Shown here: positions 46,978-58,211 of the stretch, piece by piece | How positions within the stretch are numbered: position 1 is the stretch's first letter | How the letters are laid out: every line of letters starts with the position of its first letter | From: a virus | Lineage: Duplodnaviria > Caudoviricetes | IMG/VR virus record: IMGVR_UViG_3300046323_000511 | Span: 1-62,007 of that record | Strand: one strand, 5' to 3' | DNA: 62,007 nt | Notes under the pieces: generated by a model | The model's input: the letters and a program-made list of their open reading frames with translations, nothing else | What the model was told of the DNA's origin: nothing | Databases searched by the model: none | Made by a program: the position numbers and the translations under genes

Positions 46978-47273
46978 TACTCTGTTTGATTAATGTTTGG
47001 GTACAAGTCTAAATCTAGTCCTAGCATTTGTATAATGCCTTGACCTATTGCACTATCCCTAAGTGCATTATATTTTTGCTTGATTGGGGAATTAAATCTA
47101 GTGTATTGCCCGTTTTCTAAGACAGCCATTATTTTGCCTGTCGGACTTACCAATGCAACTTGGTACTTTACAGTAATGACTTCGGTTTGGCTGTTTATTT
47201 CAAGCGTATGGATAATTATTTTTTTCTCTAACCCTGTTTCTTGGTCTATACCAAGGCTTTTACTTGTAATCAT
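46977..47273 (-). CDS. Hypothetical protein (possible fibre chaperone)
   Basis: 98 aa between fibre genes. Confidence 0.6.
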   Translation of the reverse strand: MITSKSLGIDQETGLEKKIIIHTLEINSQTEVITVKYQVALVSPTGKIMAVLENGQYTRFNSPIKQKYNALRDSAIGQGIIQMLGLDLDLYPNINQTE

Positions 47274-47285
47274 ATTTTTATTGGT

Positions 47286-50200
47286 TTAAAGTCCGGTATA
47301 TCCAGACACGTTGAACGTTATTTCCCCAGTAACGATTTCGATTGAATTAGTTCCAATTTCTATTGGCCTATTTAAAGCACCCCTTATTCCACTAGGAAAA
47401 TTAAAGGTTAGGTTGCTATCGCCTAATGGTGCTTTAAATCTAAAGTGGATTTTATTCAGAAAAGAGCCTCCTCCTGTTCCACCTACGCCTATTGCCAATC
47501 CTGCGTTTGGAAGAATACTTATAGTGAAAGTTGTTGTGCTTGGAACAGTAAGTACATAGTATCTACCTCCATCAACTATTCCTGTTATGCCTCCCACAAG
47601 TAAAAAAATAACTTCATCCCCTATGTTTAGATTGTGTGCTACACTTGTAGTCATCACACTTGCCGAAACAGTAGTTACAGACATTCCATCGTCCTGTATA
47701 CGTACTGTAAGGTCTGCTAACAAGTCAAAGGCAGATAATGTAAGTTGTTTTATGTAATTCCTTGTCCCTGCTGGTGGGGCATTTTTTGCCACCCTAGCAG
47801 TTCCAGAACCAACTGTCCAAATAGCCGTCCTGTTAAAGTCTAGTTCGGTAATAGAATCTAGTTTTACAATCGCTTGTTGTGCGGAACTTATAAGCAAATC
47901 TGAAGCGTCCCCAGCTACAAGTGTGGTATCAGCAGCAACAGCAACTCTTCCTCCTATCCTTACTAGCGCACCTGTACTAGGAGAACTATGGGCAGTTTGT
48001 CCTCCTGCTAATGTTCCTATATTGCCTATCGTATTTCCACCTGTCGGTATAGGACTAAGAAGCGAAACATTTTGTGCCGTATTAGCTCCTTGCACTTTAG
48101 AATTTGTGATATTTACTGCCTGAGTAGAGAAATTTTCTAGTCCAATCATGCCAACTGTCCATATCGTGTTGGTAGGTGCGGTATTCCCATTTAGGCTTCT
48201 TATCTGTAAAAACAATGGGGCGGATTCATCTGCTATATTTACTACTCTTGAAGCCCTTGGTAAAATAGGCAAGATAGTTCCTGACGCTACCAATTGGTCT
48301 GCTAAATAGGCATTACTATCTTCCGAACCCATAATCGCCATGTGTCCTGGTGAGGCTGTTGTATTTATGGTTGCTACCGTTGCCCCACTATTCCATCCCC
48401 TTCTTTGTGAATCATAGTTAACTGCTGTTGCGGAAGCTCCTGTATAGACGATTTGGTGATAGTTCCAACCAAAAACACTACAAGTCCCCGTATTATCTGC
48501 ACCTGTGGCAAAAGAAGCTACCGTAAAAGTAACGGCTTGTCCAGATACAGAAGCTATTGCGTATCTACCTCCTAGCGCTGTAACCCCTGTAAATCCTTGG
48601 AATGCTCCAATATACATAGATTGCCCTACAAATGTACTGTCTACTAAGAAGGTAGGAGGAAATGTTACTGTGATTGATGTAGCACTATTTACCGTAACAG
48701 CCAAGCCGTCTCCAATTATATCTACCAATTCAATAAAAAAATTGTTATTGGCATTTCTTTGAGACAAAAGCGTTTGCGCTCTTAGGACGAAAGAACCCAT
48801 AAAAGTCCTATTGCTTCTTATAATCGTTTCTGAATTGATTGTAGTTTGTGCATTTAAAACTAATGCACCTCCTGACTGAGCAATGGTTTGTCCTGCGCCT
48901 ACTTGAATTAAATTCCAAAACTCACTATCTACACCTGCTGGTATTGTCTTACTGAAAGTAGTCCTAAATATTTGTTGTTGTGCAGGAGTTACAACAACTG
49001 CTTGTGAATTTCTCAAAGGAGGTGTAAGACTTTGGGGAACAATAGTTCCTGTTATTCCTGCTGCCCAACATGCAGTTCCTATTTGCAAGTTAGTAGCATC
49101 TGCTGCTGTTTTTGATATTTCAAGGCTGACAGGCAAATTTGGATTTGCTACGCTTGCAGTTAAAAGAGTGTTTGGAAATAATATTCTATGAAACGTAACC
49201 CAAACTCCATCTGGGCTTAATGCTTCAAAAAATACTGAGGCAATTCCTAGCCATCCAAATCTAATACGGTAAATATTAAACCTTGTAAAGTTTATTGCTT
49301 CTGCAACATTATTCCTTGAAAATAAAGATCCTGCTACGCCTAGCAAAGTATCAACACTAAAAGAGACTTGTGGCACTATTGTATCAACTCCGTTCAGCCT
49401 TGAACCGATACCAAAAGTAGTGCCATTATAACCTATAAAGAAGCCATTTAAAGCATTGTATAAACCTATTCTTTGAAAAGAACTTGCACTTGTAGGAGTA
49501 GTAAAGTCTGCTGTAAATTCAGCGAATATTTCTGATCCGCTTTGGTAAACCACGCTATTTTGGCTTGTAGCAGAAATAGAAGCCGTTGTTCCTGTTCCAC
49601 TACTAAAAGTGGCAAATCCATTTATAGGATTTACTGCCCCGGAAGCTCCCCCACTTGCAATAATATTAACAAGTGTGTTTAAAAAAGCAGTATTAAACTG
49701 AATATTTACCTGTGGCTGTCTTGATGTAGTAACTAATGCGCCAAATATATCCTTATCTCCTGCGTCTTGAAAAGTCTTGATTTTCCCGGTAGGATCTGTT
49801 AATATTCTTTTTAGGTTTACGCCATCACTTCCCCCTATTGTTAAATGAGAAGCTCCTAGTTCTGCATCTGTTCCTGCATTACTTCTTGTTCCTCTAATAG
49901 CAAGTACTCCTGAGAGAAGATTATAAAGCCCCTTTAGTAAGGCATTGACTGTCCAACTACTCGTACTATCGGTTGCCCTTGCATCATTGACTGCACCTAT
50001 TCTATTTAGAAATCCTCTCATCAAGGAATTCAAGCTCCAACTACTTGTGCTGTCGGTTGCACTTGGTGAAGTAAGCGCACCTAGTCTATCATTTCCTTCC
50101 ACTTGGTTTGTAGCACTTGCGTCACCTCCTCCGCCTCCTCCACTTCCACCAGAAGTTCCAATTTTAAATACGTTTTTAAGTACATCTACCTTTGTTGCCT

Positions 50201-50411
50201 TGTCCGTTCCACCTGCCACAGTTAGGTCTTCTATTTGTACGGTAGGCGTACTCCATCTGCCTTCTGTGTGATGAAAAATCAATGAATCGTAATCATCAAA
50301 TGTTTCCATCACAATATAAGCGCCATTCATAGTGCGTTCTATGCCTGGTGTTAATATAAATGTGAATGATCCAGATGTATTTAGTATAAGTTCCAATGCA
50401 ACTGCGGCCAT
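47286..50411 (-). CDS. Large mosaic fibre/decoration protein
   Basis: 1041 aa Thr/Gly/Ser-rich; GGGGGGDASA linker; ATDSTSSW repeat twice; C-terminal AHNLNIGDEV..YYV..TTFTI beta module. Confidence 0.7.
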   Translation of the reverse strand: MAAVALELILNTSGSFTFILTPGIERTMNGAYIVMETFDDYDSLIFHHTEGRWSTPTVQIEDLTVAGGTDKATKVDVLKNVFKIGTSGGSGGGGGGDASATNQVEGNDRLGALTSPSATDSTSSWSLNSLMRGFLNRIGAVNDARATDSTSSWTVNALLKGLYNLLSGVLAIRGTRSNAGTDAELGASHLTIGGSDGVNLKRILTDPTGKIKTFQDAGDKDIFGALVTTSRQPQVNIQFNTAFLNTLVNIIASGGASGAVNPINGFATFSSGTGTTASISATSQNSVVYQSGSEIFAEFTADFTTPTSASSFQRIGLYNALNGFFIGYNGTTFGIGSRLNGVDTIVPQVSFSVDTLLGVAGSLFSRNNVAEAINFTRFNIYRIRFGWLGIASVFFEALSPDGVWVTFHRILFPNTLLTASVANPNLPVSLEISKTAADATNLQIGTACWAAGITGTIVPQSLTPPLRNSQAVVVTPAQQQIFRTTFSKTIPAGVDSEFWNLIQVGAGQTIAQSGGALVLNAQTTINSETIIRSNRTFMGSFVLRAQTLLSQRNANNNFFIELVDIIGDGLAVTVNSATSITVTFPPTFLVDSTFVGQSMYIGAFQGFTGVTALGGRYAIASVSGQAVTFTVASFATGADNTGTCSVFGWNYHQIVYTGASATAVNYDSQRRGWNSGATVATINTTASPGHMAIMGSEDSNAYLADQLVASGTILPILPRASRVVNIADESAPLFLQIRSLNGNTAPTNTIWTVGMIGLENFSTQAVNITNSKVQGANTAQNVSLLSPIPTGGNTIGNIGTLAGGQTAHSSPSTGALVRIGGRVAVAADTTLVAGDASDLLISSAQQAIVKLDSITELDFNRTAIWTVGSGTARVAKNAPPAGTRNYIKQLTLSAFDLLADLTVRIQDDGMSVTTVSASVMTTSVAHNLNIGDEVIFLLVGGITGIVDGGRYYVLTVPSTTTFTISILPNAGLAIGVGGTGGGSFLNKIHFRFKAPLGDSNLTFNFPSGIRGALNRPIEIGTNSIEIVTGEITFNVSGYTGL

Positions 50412-50426
50412 CGTATTCTTTTGTTT

Positions 50427-51263
50427 TTAATTTACTAATGTTTCTAATATCCCTATGGCTGTCTTGCCACTTCTGGATTTCAAATATTTTATCAATGTCT
50501 CGGTTTTGTCTTCACCCGGGATTGCCTTACAGATAGTCTCATCCTTACCACCATCCTTGTATGTCCATTCCGAATTGCTGTATTTGATAATTGATTTTGA
50601 AATCAATCTACTCACCATATCTTCGATATTCGCCTCTTTTTCGGATTTTGATTTTTCCAAAAACTCCGTGGGATTCCTTGTTGCCCTTGTTAGTAAATCG
50701 TGTCTCAACTCGACTTCATCATATCCCTCTGGATTCATTTTATAGGCTTTCGCAATCTCCGAAATCTTGGCAAAATCTGCCGTCTTGGCAATTGTCTTTG
50801 CTTTCTCCAAAATATTATCCTTCTCTATCTCCGCCATTGCGGCCTTCTTAGAATCTACCCGTCTGAACTTTTTAATTACAGATGGATCGGCATAAGGATT
50901 TGATTCGTTTTCATCAGATGCCTCCAAAAATTTGAACAGGTTTTGTTGCTTGTAGTTAACCACCAACGATCCATTGGTAATGCCTATATGGTTTGTTACG
51001 GGTTTGTAATCACCATTATCTTTTAGTTCCCATTTCTCTATGTATTGGATAAAATATGGTTTCTTTGTTTGGGGATTAATAATTTGATGTTGGTGTGAAA
51101 GGCCTTGGTAAGGTTTCACTATGGGCTTGCCACCATTGCCGTCAGCCGATCTTAACCCTTCGTTTCCTAGATATACGTATCTAGCGTTTTCTCCTGGATT
51201 TAGTGGCTTAATCCACGGTATGTACTGTTCTTCTAATTTGTTTACGTCTACTAATGCTTCCAT
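50427..51263 (-). CDS. Conserved protein downstream of the major capsid gene
   Basis: 278 aa; position after MCP. Confidence 0.6.
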   Translation of the reverse strand: MEALVDVNKLEEQYIPWIKPLNPGENARYVYLGNEGLRSADGNGGKPIVKPYQGLSHQHQIINPQTKKPYFIQYIEKWELKDNGDYKPVTNHIGITNGSLVVNYKQQNLFKFLEASDENESNPYADPSVIKKFRRVDSKKAAMAEIEKDNILEKAKTIAKTADFAKISEIAKAYKMNPEGYDEVELRHDLLTRATRNPTEFLEKSKSEKEANIEDMVSRLISKSIIKYSNSEWTYKDGGKDETICKAIPGEDKTETLIKYLKSRSGKTAIGILETLVN

Positions 51264-51298
51264 TTTTCTTGTTCTCCCTACTATTTATTTGTTTATTA

Positions 51299-51331
51299 AA
51301 AAAATTGGGTGTATAGTTGTATACACCCAAT
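51299..51331 (-). terminator. Terminator after the major capsid gene
   Basis: ATTGGGTGTATA-gttg-TATACACCCAAT with T run on the minus strand. Confidence 0.8.
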
Positions 51332-51339
51332 CTGTATAT

Positions 51340-52716
51340 TTATTCAATGACAGCCATTCTGTTTGCTCCAAGAACTTGGAGACCTTGCTCAGTGAGATAA
51401 TCTATCTTCACAATGTCTTGGCTTCCAGTTTTCCCTTCCTCGAATGTCTGGGTACTCTGTTTAAACATACGGTTCTTGCCGTCCAACTCCTTATACCTTA
51501 CGCATATTGCAGGAGTTTTTTGTTTTTGGCCTTTCTCGTCCGTATAGGCTTGGTCATCCATTGGAAGGATAACCCCACTATTTGCATAAGAATAACCCGT
51601 GCTACCCATCAACTTAGGATGGTTGAATGTTTGAACAGTTTTATACATAAAACTGTATCCGCTTTTCTCGATTGCAGAAAATCCAAATTTGGCAGCCCTT
51701 TCTTTTCCACCTACAGCACCGTAATTGATAAGGTCGTTCTTCATCTGTGCTGTGATGAAGTTATCTATCGTTGTCGTTAAATCAATACCCAAATACATCA
51801 CATTTGACTTGGCCGCAAACTGCTTGTCAAGCGTTTTGATAATAGTATCCATATAAGCCAAAGTCATAGACGCACTTGCAAATCCATTACCTCTCTCTCT
51901 CAGCGTTGGATATAACCCTTTTGTGAAATTGATTTTTCTGGTTGGACTACCTTCAATATCTGTATACTGCTTATTGAATGCCACATCTGGCGTTTGTTGC
52001 AAAAGTAATGTCAACTGCACCTCGATCATAAAACGATCAAAGGCATCGGCTTCACCTTTGTATGTCCAGTTCTGCCCCTTTTTGCCATCACGTCCTTGTA
52101 CTGGAAACCAAGTACGGTTTGTTTCCTCGCTACCCGTCCATTCCACATTATCCTTTATGATTTGTGTGTTGAATTTGTGCTTTATGGTGTCTGGCGTTAA
52201 TGGGGTCATACCTTTAGTTCCTTCGGCAAAAGCATTACCAAAGAAAGTGATTTTATCACCTGCCACAAGTGCGCCTAATGTGTCTGTCGAAACAAGGGGT
52301 GTCAAGGTGATTGTATGTTGTTCTGCTGTCGCTTTATTCACAGCACTTACGAAAAAAGGTTTCTTATTCTTAGTTTCCCCTGTAAGGTTTACTCGTGGAT
52401 AAGATACCGATCCCCCAGCCAAATGATCTGCTGCCTCTAATCGGAATGTGATTGGATTTCCTACTCCTGCGTCTGCTACGTTGGCGAACACGCCAACATT
52501 TTGCATAAGGAAATCTTCTTCGTTGGCATACCATTCCGTTTGATCCACGGGTGCTGTTTTACCTAGGAAGATCAAATCTCGGATAAGGTTCTCGCCGGGA
52601 TATTTTTTATATAACTCGTCCAACACATTAGGTTGGTGAATTGCTGTTAGTACCGCATTTGCAAAGACGGATTGGCTAACATAATTATCGGTTGTTGCTA
52701 CTTGCCCTGAAGCCAT
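51340..52716 (-). CDS. Major capsid protein
   Basis: 458 aa; FGNAFAEGT, FNTQIIKDNVEWTGS, TKGL, LTEQGLQVLGANR resemble crAss-like/Flavobacteriia podophage MCPs; follows scaffold. Confidence 0.85.
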   Translation of the reverse strand: MASGQVATTDNYVSQSVFANAVLTAIHQPNVLDELYKKYPGENLIRDLIFLGKTAPVDQTEWYANEEDFLMQNVGVFANVADAGVGNPITFRLEAADHLAGGSVSYPRVNLTGETKNKKPFFVSAVNKATAEQHTITLTPLVSTDTLGALVAGDKITFFGNAFAEGTKGMTPLTPDTIKHKFNTQIIKDNVEWTGSEETNRTWFPVQGRDGKKGQNWTYKGEADAFDRFMIEVQLTLLLQQTPDVAFNKQYTDIEGSPTRKINFTKGLYPTLRERGNGFASASMTLAYMDTIIKTLDKQFAAKSNVMYLGIDLTTTIDNFITAQMKNDLINYGAVGGKERAAKFGFSAIEKSGYSFMYKTVQTFNHPKLMGSTGYSYANSGVILPMDDQAYTDEKGQKQKTPAICVRYKELDGKNRMFKQSTQTFEEGKTGSQDIVKIDYLTEQGLQVLGANRMAVIE

Positions 52717-52750
52717 AATTTTAAATCTTTAAAAGTTTTTTAATATTTTT

Positions 52751-53896
52751 TTATCTTGTCGCTTTTGCTAGACCTATGACTTTTGCCATATCATCACTAA
52801 TAGGCTCTTTAGTACGGAAATTCGTATCGTTATTAGTCGTTCTTTCACTAGGGTTCTTCATACTTCTTAGTATCTGTTCTTTTCCAAGTGCCTTCCCGTG
52901 GTTCACGATATTCTTCACAAACTTATCAGGGTTTTCAAGAATAACGAATAATTTCGCTAGTCCATCGAAATCAACCTTTCCTGTTTGCAGATCCTTCACG
53001 TAGCTTTGTAGTTTTTGATTGATAAAGTCTGTCGGCTTATCAAATGCCTCGCTTAACATCTCTTTTGAAAACTGATAGTTGAATCCCTGCCCTTCGTCAA
53101 AACTGAATGCCACAGTTTTCTTATTAAGAAACTCTGAGGATTCTCTTGAATAAGTATCCACCGCCTCTTGGCTGATATTTATTTCGTTTTTTGCGTTGTT
53201 ACGGTTAAACTCTACCTTCTTTATATGCTTTCTAAGGTCTTCTATTTTGGTTACGGGTTCTTTTAAATAATTCTGGAATTGGATTAAGTCTTTGGCCGCT
53301 TTTTTTACTGCCGTCTTCATCTTAATCATTGAAATCTTATCTTCCTCGTCATATTCCCTAGCAAACTGATCTTCAAAGAATTCTTCTGCTTCTTCGTTAG
53401 TCAACTCTGGGTGTTCCAAAATAAAATGACTTAACAAAATCTCCTTCGGATTTGATAGGTCTGTAAAGTCTGCTTGCATAATTGCTGCCGCTTCAAAAAT
53501 ATCTATCCCCTCTTCTTTGAGTTCTTTCAGCCTAACAATTTCCGGGTCATAGTCGGGTTCTTGGATTTCTGTTTCAAAGGCATTTTCCTTGGCTTGACCA
53601 ATGAATTCCACCATCTCTTCCCAAGATTCAAAGCCCTGCCCTTCGGCAAATTGGCTTTGAAGATATTCGATTTCTTCTTCTTCGTATGCTTCTTCCTCCT
53701 GTTCGTCTGTGCCAATATCAGCATCTTGTTCACCATCGAAATCATCATTATCGTTATCTGAAAAATCGGTTATACTTCCTTCCCCTGTTTCTACTTCTTC
53801 GTCTTCCATCATTTCATCCTGTTCCTCTTGCGTATCGCCAAGGTCTGGATTATTGTTATTGATTAAGTCGAATAGTTCGGCACTTATACCTTCCAT
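52751..53896 (-). CDS. Putative scaffolding protein
   Basis: Highly acidic N-terminus, coiled coil, ends MKNPS; immediately upstream of MCP. Confidence 0.7.
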   Translation of the reverse strand: MEGISAELFDLINNNNPDLGDTQEEQDEMMEDEEVETGEGSITDFSDNDNDDFDGEQDADIGTDEQEEEAYEEEEIEYLQSQFAEGQGFESWEEMVEFIGQAKENAFETEIQEPDYDPEIVRLKELKEEGIDIFEAAAIMQADFTDLSNPKEILLSHFILEHPELTNEEAEEFFEDQFAREYDEEDKISMIKMKTAVKKAAKDLIQFQNYLKEPVTKIEDLRKHIKKVEFNRNNAKNEINISQEAVDTYSRESSEFLNKKTVAFSFDEGQGFNYQFSKEMLSEAFDKPTDFINQKLQSYVKDLQTGKVDFDGLAKLFVILENPDKFVKNIVNHGKALGKEQILRSMKNPSERTTNNDTNFRTKEPISDDMAKVIGLAKATR

Positions 53897-54096
53897 ATTG
53901 TTATTTAGTTTTCTACGTTAGAATCCAAATTTATATTTTTTTTACAGATAATAAAAATACTTATTGATTATTTTTTTATAATTATTTTTATTTATAACTC
54001 ATTAATAATATTATGGAATGGAATATAATACAATAAAAAAAACACGTAAAAAATTTTACGTGCTTTCCTAAACCTACTTACTAAAAAAAACGTGAA

Positions 54097-55270
54097 TCAA
54101 AAAAAGAGTTTTACAATGTCGTATATCAGTAATACCAAACCCAATAGGGAAAATCCGATATACATTTTCATTCTATTTTTTAAATATTTATTTTCATCTG
54201 CCTCGTATGCCGCCAATTTATCACTTAACTTGGAATTGTCAATTGCCTTCAGATACTCCATCGCAAGTTTGCTGTTTTGCAATTCCAAGTTCTGAATATG
54301 GTCTTTTAATCCATCGTTTACTTCCACCACTTTCTTTACTACCTCCTCTGTGATTGATGAGAATATAGTAGGGAGATGTTGACCGTCTGTTACGAGCAAG
54401 GCGCATTTCGCTTTTTTCAATTCCTCGTTCTCGACCTGTGATATTGAAAATCTGTTTTTGGTTTCTTCCAATGTTTTTTTCAATGCCTCCCACTCGCCTA
54501 TACTGACTTGTACAAATCTGGATTCCTTCAAAATCTCTGTTGCTTTTTTTTCTTTGCCAAAAAGTTTTTTTCGTGTTTGCTCATTAAGCCATTCATTATA
54601 AGTTTGTTTCTGTGTGCTTTTTACAATTTGTATTCCACTTTCATACATTAACTTTTTCCAATCCTCAACTTTTGATTGGTCTAATTCTGGTTTCTCATTA
54701 ATATAAGGGTCTACACCTAGTACATATTTTTTTTCTAGTGCTTCCTTTGCCCTATTCTCTTTTTCTAAGATTTTATTATCTAAAAACTCTTCAAGCTGTT
54801 CTAAAGTAGATTCCTTGTCATTCTTTTGTTTTTCTAGCAACTCATCGTAACCATCTACGTTTTGTCTTAAATATGCCTCTCTCTTTTCTTTTTTTTCAAG
54901 CCACTCCAAATATTTTTCTGAGGCGTATTGCAAATCTTCTTGTGAATTTTGTACCTCTTGTTTTTCTAGTTCCTCATTTACTTTATTTACTGAAGGATTA
55001 TGACCTTGCCATTCTTCTACTTGCGTTTCGCCTTGATTTACTCCGTATACACCTACCTTTGGGCCTATATATCCCATCTGTTTCCGCTTTGTATATTCAT
55101 CTTTCAAAAAATCTTGGGCTTCGCTTAAAAACTCCTTCTCTGACATTATTGTATTAGGTTCTGCTTCTGTTATTTTACCCATAGGAAAACCTTCTGCACC
55201 TTCATTGTTACGTGCCAAAAACGTGTCCTTAACTTCCTCTTCGTCTTGATTTTTACCTTTTTTTTTTCAT
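54097..55270 (-). CDS. Coiled-coil protein with C-terminal TM anchor; ATG at 55270 is out of frame by one A
   Basis: ORF 54097-55218 (TTG start); upstream ATG followed by A10. Confidence 0.6.
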
Positions 55271-55312
55271 CTTTTTATTTGTTATATGTTATTTGATAGT
55301 CGTATATTCCCA

Positions 55313-55549
55313 TTATTTAAACCTACTTAATGTTTCATTGATACTTTTAAAAACAGATTGAAAGTATATATCAATAGATTCTTCGTATTTTTCAATAGCC
55401 TCTTTCAATATCCTTGCTTTCTCGGCTTTATTTTCTTTTTTTTTCTTGAATTTAGTTACTTTTAATTTTACTATTCCTACAATCAAATCTCCCATTTGGT
55501 CAAATAAATATCCAATATTATTTTCCATTATTTTAATGTTATTTGACAT
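55313..55549 (-). CDS. Hypothetical protein
   Basis: 78 aa, coupled to portal stop. Confidence 0.6.
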   Translation of the reverse strand: MSNNIKIMENNIGYLFDQMGDLIVGIVKLKVTKFKKKKENKAEKARILKEAIEKYEESIDIYFQSVFKSINETLSRFK

Positions 55550-57828
55550 TACCTATAAAGATTAAACGCCACTTGTGAACTAGCTTTTTCAGCAATATTT
55601 TGGCGTTCTTGATTTCCTTTTTCAATGATAAGCTGCAATTGGTTTTCTATTTCGGCTTTCATCTTAGCCACCAATGCTTCCTGCTCCAATTGCAATTCCT
55701 CCATTCTCGCTACCTGTGCCTGTTCTGCACTCATCATCTGCATTTCCTGGTTCTGTCTCTGTGCCTCCATCGCATTAGCTTGTTTCTCTCTCTCGTATTT
55801 TGCTTCTCGTAGTTCAAGCAAAATTCTGGCTTGTTTCAAGTTATCTATCTCCATTAGGAACGATACATCGGATAGTTTTATTTGATTTCTATCTAGTGCA
55901 ATATTCATTTGTTGGTAGAATTGGTTCCAAGCTGCTTCGTCTGGCTTGTTCTCTATTCTTATCAGGTAGTTATGGCTTGTCAAGTCTTTGTTGTCCTGCC
56001 AAAAGTCCAAAGTATTTTTCCCTAATCCCTTCACCACCATTTCCTTTAGGTTGCCATTGGCTATGGTCTGCACCGCCAAGTCTGCCAAATGCTGGCAAGT
56101 TCCCTCGAATATCCTTTTCTTTGCCCTTATCAAGTGGTCGAGTGCGTTGTTTGATCCTTCTATGGCTATCTGGCTTACCCCTAATCCTGTTTTGGCTTTC
56201 GGTTGCCCTCCTGCCACTATGTCGTTGATACCTGTAAGTTCCTTCAGTAGGTTCAAGCCATTCAGTACCAATTGTGCAAATATCATCGTATCCCTACTTA
56301 GTCCGTTTTCAAGCTCCTGTATTGGCACAGCCTGGTTGTCACTTCCCCTTCTAGCTATGATTATACCCCGTTTGTAATATAGGTCAAGTAGGTCGGCTGG
56401 CTGTAGTGTAGTCCCACCGCTTCCAAGGCTTACCGCTTCTAATGCCTCAATATCAATGAACGCTCCCTTAGGGATGGCGCTATTAATCATCTGCTGCATC
56501 TTTAGCCAATTCCTTATTATGTCGTCAATCACAGGGATACATTGCTCTGTAATGGACTTATTGATTCCCTGCAATAGGTTTGGTGCATATAGTGTGAATG
56601 GCAGTTTGGTATCTGTGATATTCTCCGCAACCCTTACCATATCCTTTTGCAGTCCGTATCCAAACACATATTCTGTACCTATTATCCAGTAGCCCTTATA
56701 CACGGATTTGTAATTGGTCATGATTACCTCGTACTCACCTTTCTTCTCCCTTCTTTTTTTTACCTTTTCCTCATCCACATAAAAATCATCATCCTTCCTG
56801 TAAACCATCTTATTGCCAAATTGGTTCTTGGTAATTTCGTGTACCATTTTATCATCCGCATAGAAATAAAATTCGAGTAGCTTTGTCCGGGAATGGTCGT
56901 ATGGAAACGGGTTTCTTGAATCCTCCGAATAGTAGTTCGTAAATCCGCTTATATCGCTCTGCACATACAGTTGTCTAGATAGCAGTAGTATATTTTCATA
57001 CTCATCTTTAGTGAACTCATCCCCTGCCATTTTCCTGAGTTCCGAAAATGTTACATTGATTATTTCCCCACAATGTTGCAAGTCTTTGAATGATTCGCTG
57101 GAAAGATTGGAGACAATTAAATTGAATGGGTTTACCCTGCGTATCACAGGAAACCCGTTTTTATCAAGGTATACTTTTGACCCCCCCTTGTAGTGCAGTG
57201 CCAAATCAAGGTCTATCTCCCTCATTACATCCCCTATGTCGTTTTGGTATAGTAGTGATTCCAAAAGCATCTCTAGTTCCATCTCCATCCTTATCTTGGG
57301 ATTCATCCTTAGGTCTGCCTCTATCTCCTCGGCATTGATGGCAACTCTTCCCACTATGTTTTCATCCTCAAACAAGTCTTTGCTTGCATCCTCTCCCAAT
57401 ACTTTTTGCAGATACAAGCCTAGCTTTATCTTGGCCTCGTAGTTTTTTTTAATATCTATCGCTAGTGGGTCAAATGCTTGTGCCATTACATTGTACCCTA
57501 CATCTCCTAGCTTTGCTGTAATCACATTGATAAACTTTGCCCAAAAGTTGGGGGGAGTATACTGAATTGGTATCATCCAGGTTTCGTCCCCGTTATCGCA
57601 ATTGTCTGGATCGAGTATCGCCCGGTATTTCTTTTGGTCTTGTACTCCGTTGAAATAATCAATCACAGTTTCCATCACACCCCTTTTGTTATAGAACACA
57701 TTGTTGCCGTATCGCTCGTGGTGGTAGAGCATTGCTTTAGCATATTGCAATCCGTACTCTTTCAGTAGCTTGTCTTTTTGGGGAGCAGTCGGATCAGGAT
57801 ATGGCAAATGTAGGTTACTATCTGTCAT
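55549..57828 (-). CDS. Portal protein
   Basis: 759 aa; AQAFDP, RRVNPFNL, ELTGIND, KTGLGV..A..SNNA motifs of crAss-like portals; C-terminal Gln-rich barrel helix. Confidence 0.85.
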   Translation of the reverse strand: MTDSNLHLPYPDPTAPQKDKLLKEYGLQYAKAMLYHHERYGNNVFYNKRGVMETVIDYFNGVQDQKKYRAILDPDNCDNGDETWMIPIQYTPPNFWAKFINVITAKLGDVGYNVMAQAFDPLAIDIKKNYEAKIKLGLYLQKVLGEDASKDLFEDENIVGRVAINAEEIEADLRMNPKIRMEMELEMLLESLLYQNDIGDVMREIDLDLALHYKGGSKVYLDKNGFPVIRRVNPFNLIVSNLSSESFKDLQHCGEIINVTFSELRKMAGDEFTKDEYENILLLSRQLYVQSDISGFTNYYSEDSRNPFPYDHSRTKLLEFYFYADDKMVHEITKNQFGNKMVYRKDDDFYVDEEKVKKRREKKGEYEVIMTNYKSVYKGYWIIGTEYVFGYGLQKDMVRVAENITDTKLPFTLYAPNLLQGINKSITEQCIPVIDDIIRNWLKMQQMINSAIPKGAFIDIEALEAVSLGSGGTTLQPADLLDLYYKRGIIIARRGSDNQAVPIQELENGLSRDTMIFAQLVLNGLNLLKELTGINDIVAGGQPKAKTGLGVSQIAIEGSNNALDHLIRAKKRIFEGTCQHLADLAVQTIANGNLKEMVVKGLGKNTLDFWQDNKDLTSHNYLIRIENKPDEAAWNQFYQQMNIALDRNQIKLSDVSFLMEIDNLKQARILLELREAKYEREKQANAMEAQRQNQEMQMMSAEQAQVARMEELQLEQEALVAKMKAEIENQLQLIIEKGNQERQNIAEKASSQVAFNLYR

Positions 57829-58096
57829 TTCTTATTATTTTTGGAAATTTTTCTGTGGCGTTTTTTAAATTGAGGAAACTCTTGTAGATATACCTGTTAT
57901 TGATGACAAGTTTCTTTGTTTTTTTAGAGTTTATATCTACGGATACCTCTACTTCTGCTTCTTTAATTTCTCCTGTCTGTGTATCGTACTGGAATATCCT
58001 TTGTCCCTTGTAGGGTTTTATCCTTCCCACGAACTTCTGCTGTTTGATGTATCCCATTTGGGCAGTTTCTTTATCTTTATTATTTAGTATTTCCAT
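57818..58096 (-). CDS. Hypothetical protein
   Basis: 92 aa; IKPYKGQRIFQYD..FLNLKNA. Confidence 0.7.
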   Translation of the reverse strand: MEILNNKDKETAQMGYIKQQKFVGRIKPYKGQRIFQYDTQTGEIKEAEVEVSVDINSKKTKKLVINNRYIYKSFLNLKNATEKFPKIIRNDR

Positions 58097-58211
58097 ATAT
58101 TTTTAAACCAAAAATAATTTTTTTTATTTATATTAAAAAATATACAACTATATTTATTATTCATCGTTAATCATAAGTAAGTAATAAGTAATAAACATAA
58201 ATTAAAAACAA

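Noticed and set aside
44747-50411. Diversity-generating retroelement acting on fibre genes
   Set aside because: No reverse transcriptase ORF and no TR/VR pair seen; internal repeats (ATDSTSSW, YYGTN..KGFY) are ordinary protein repeats.
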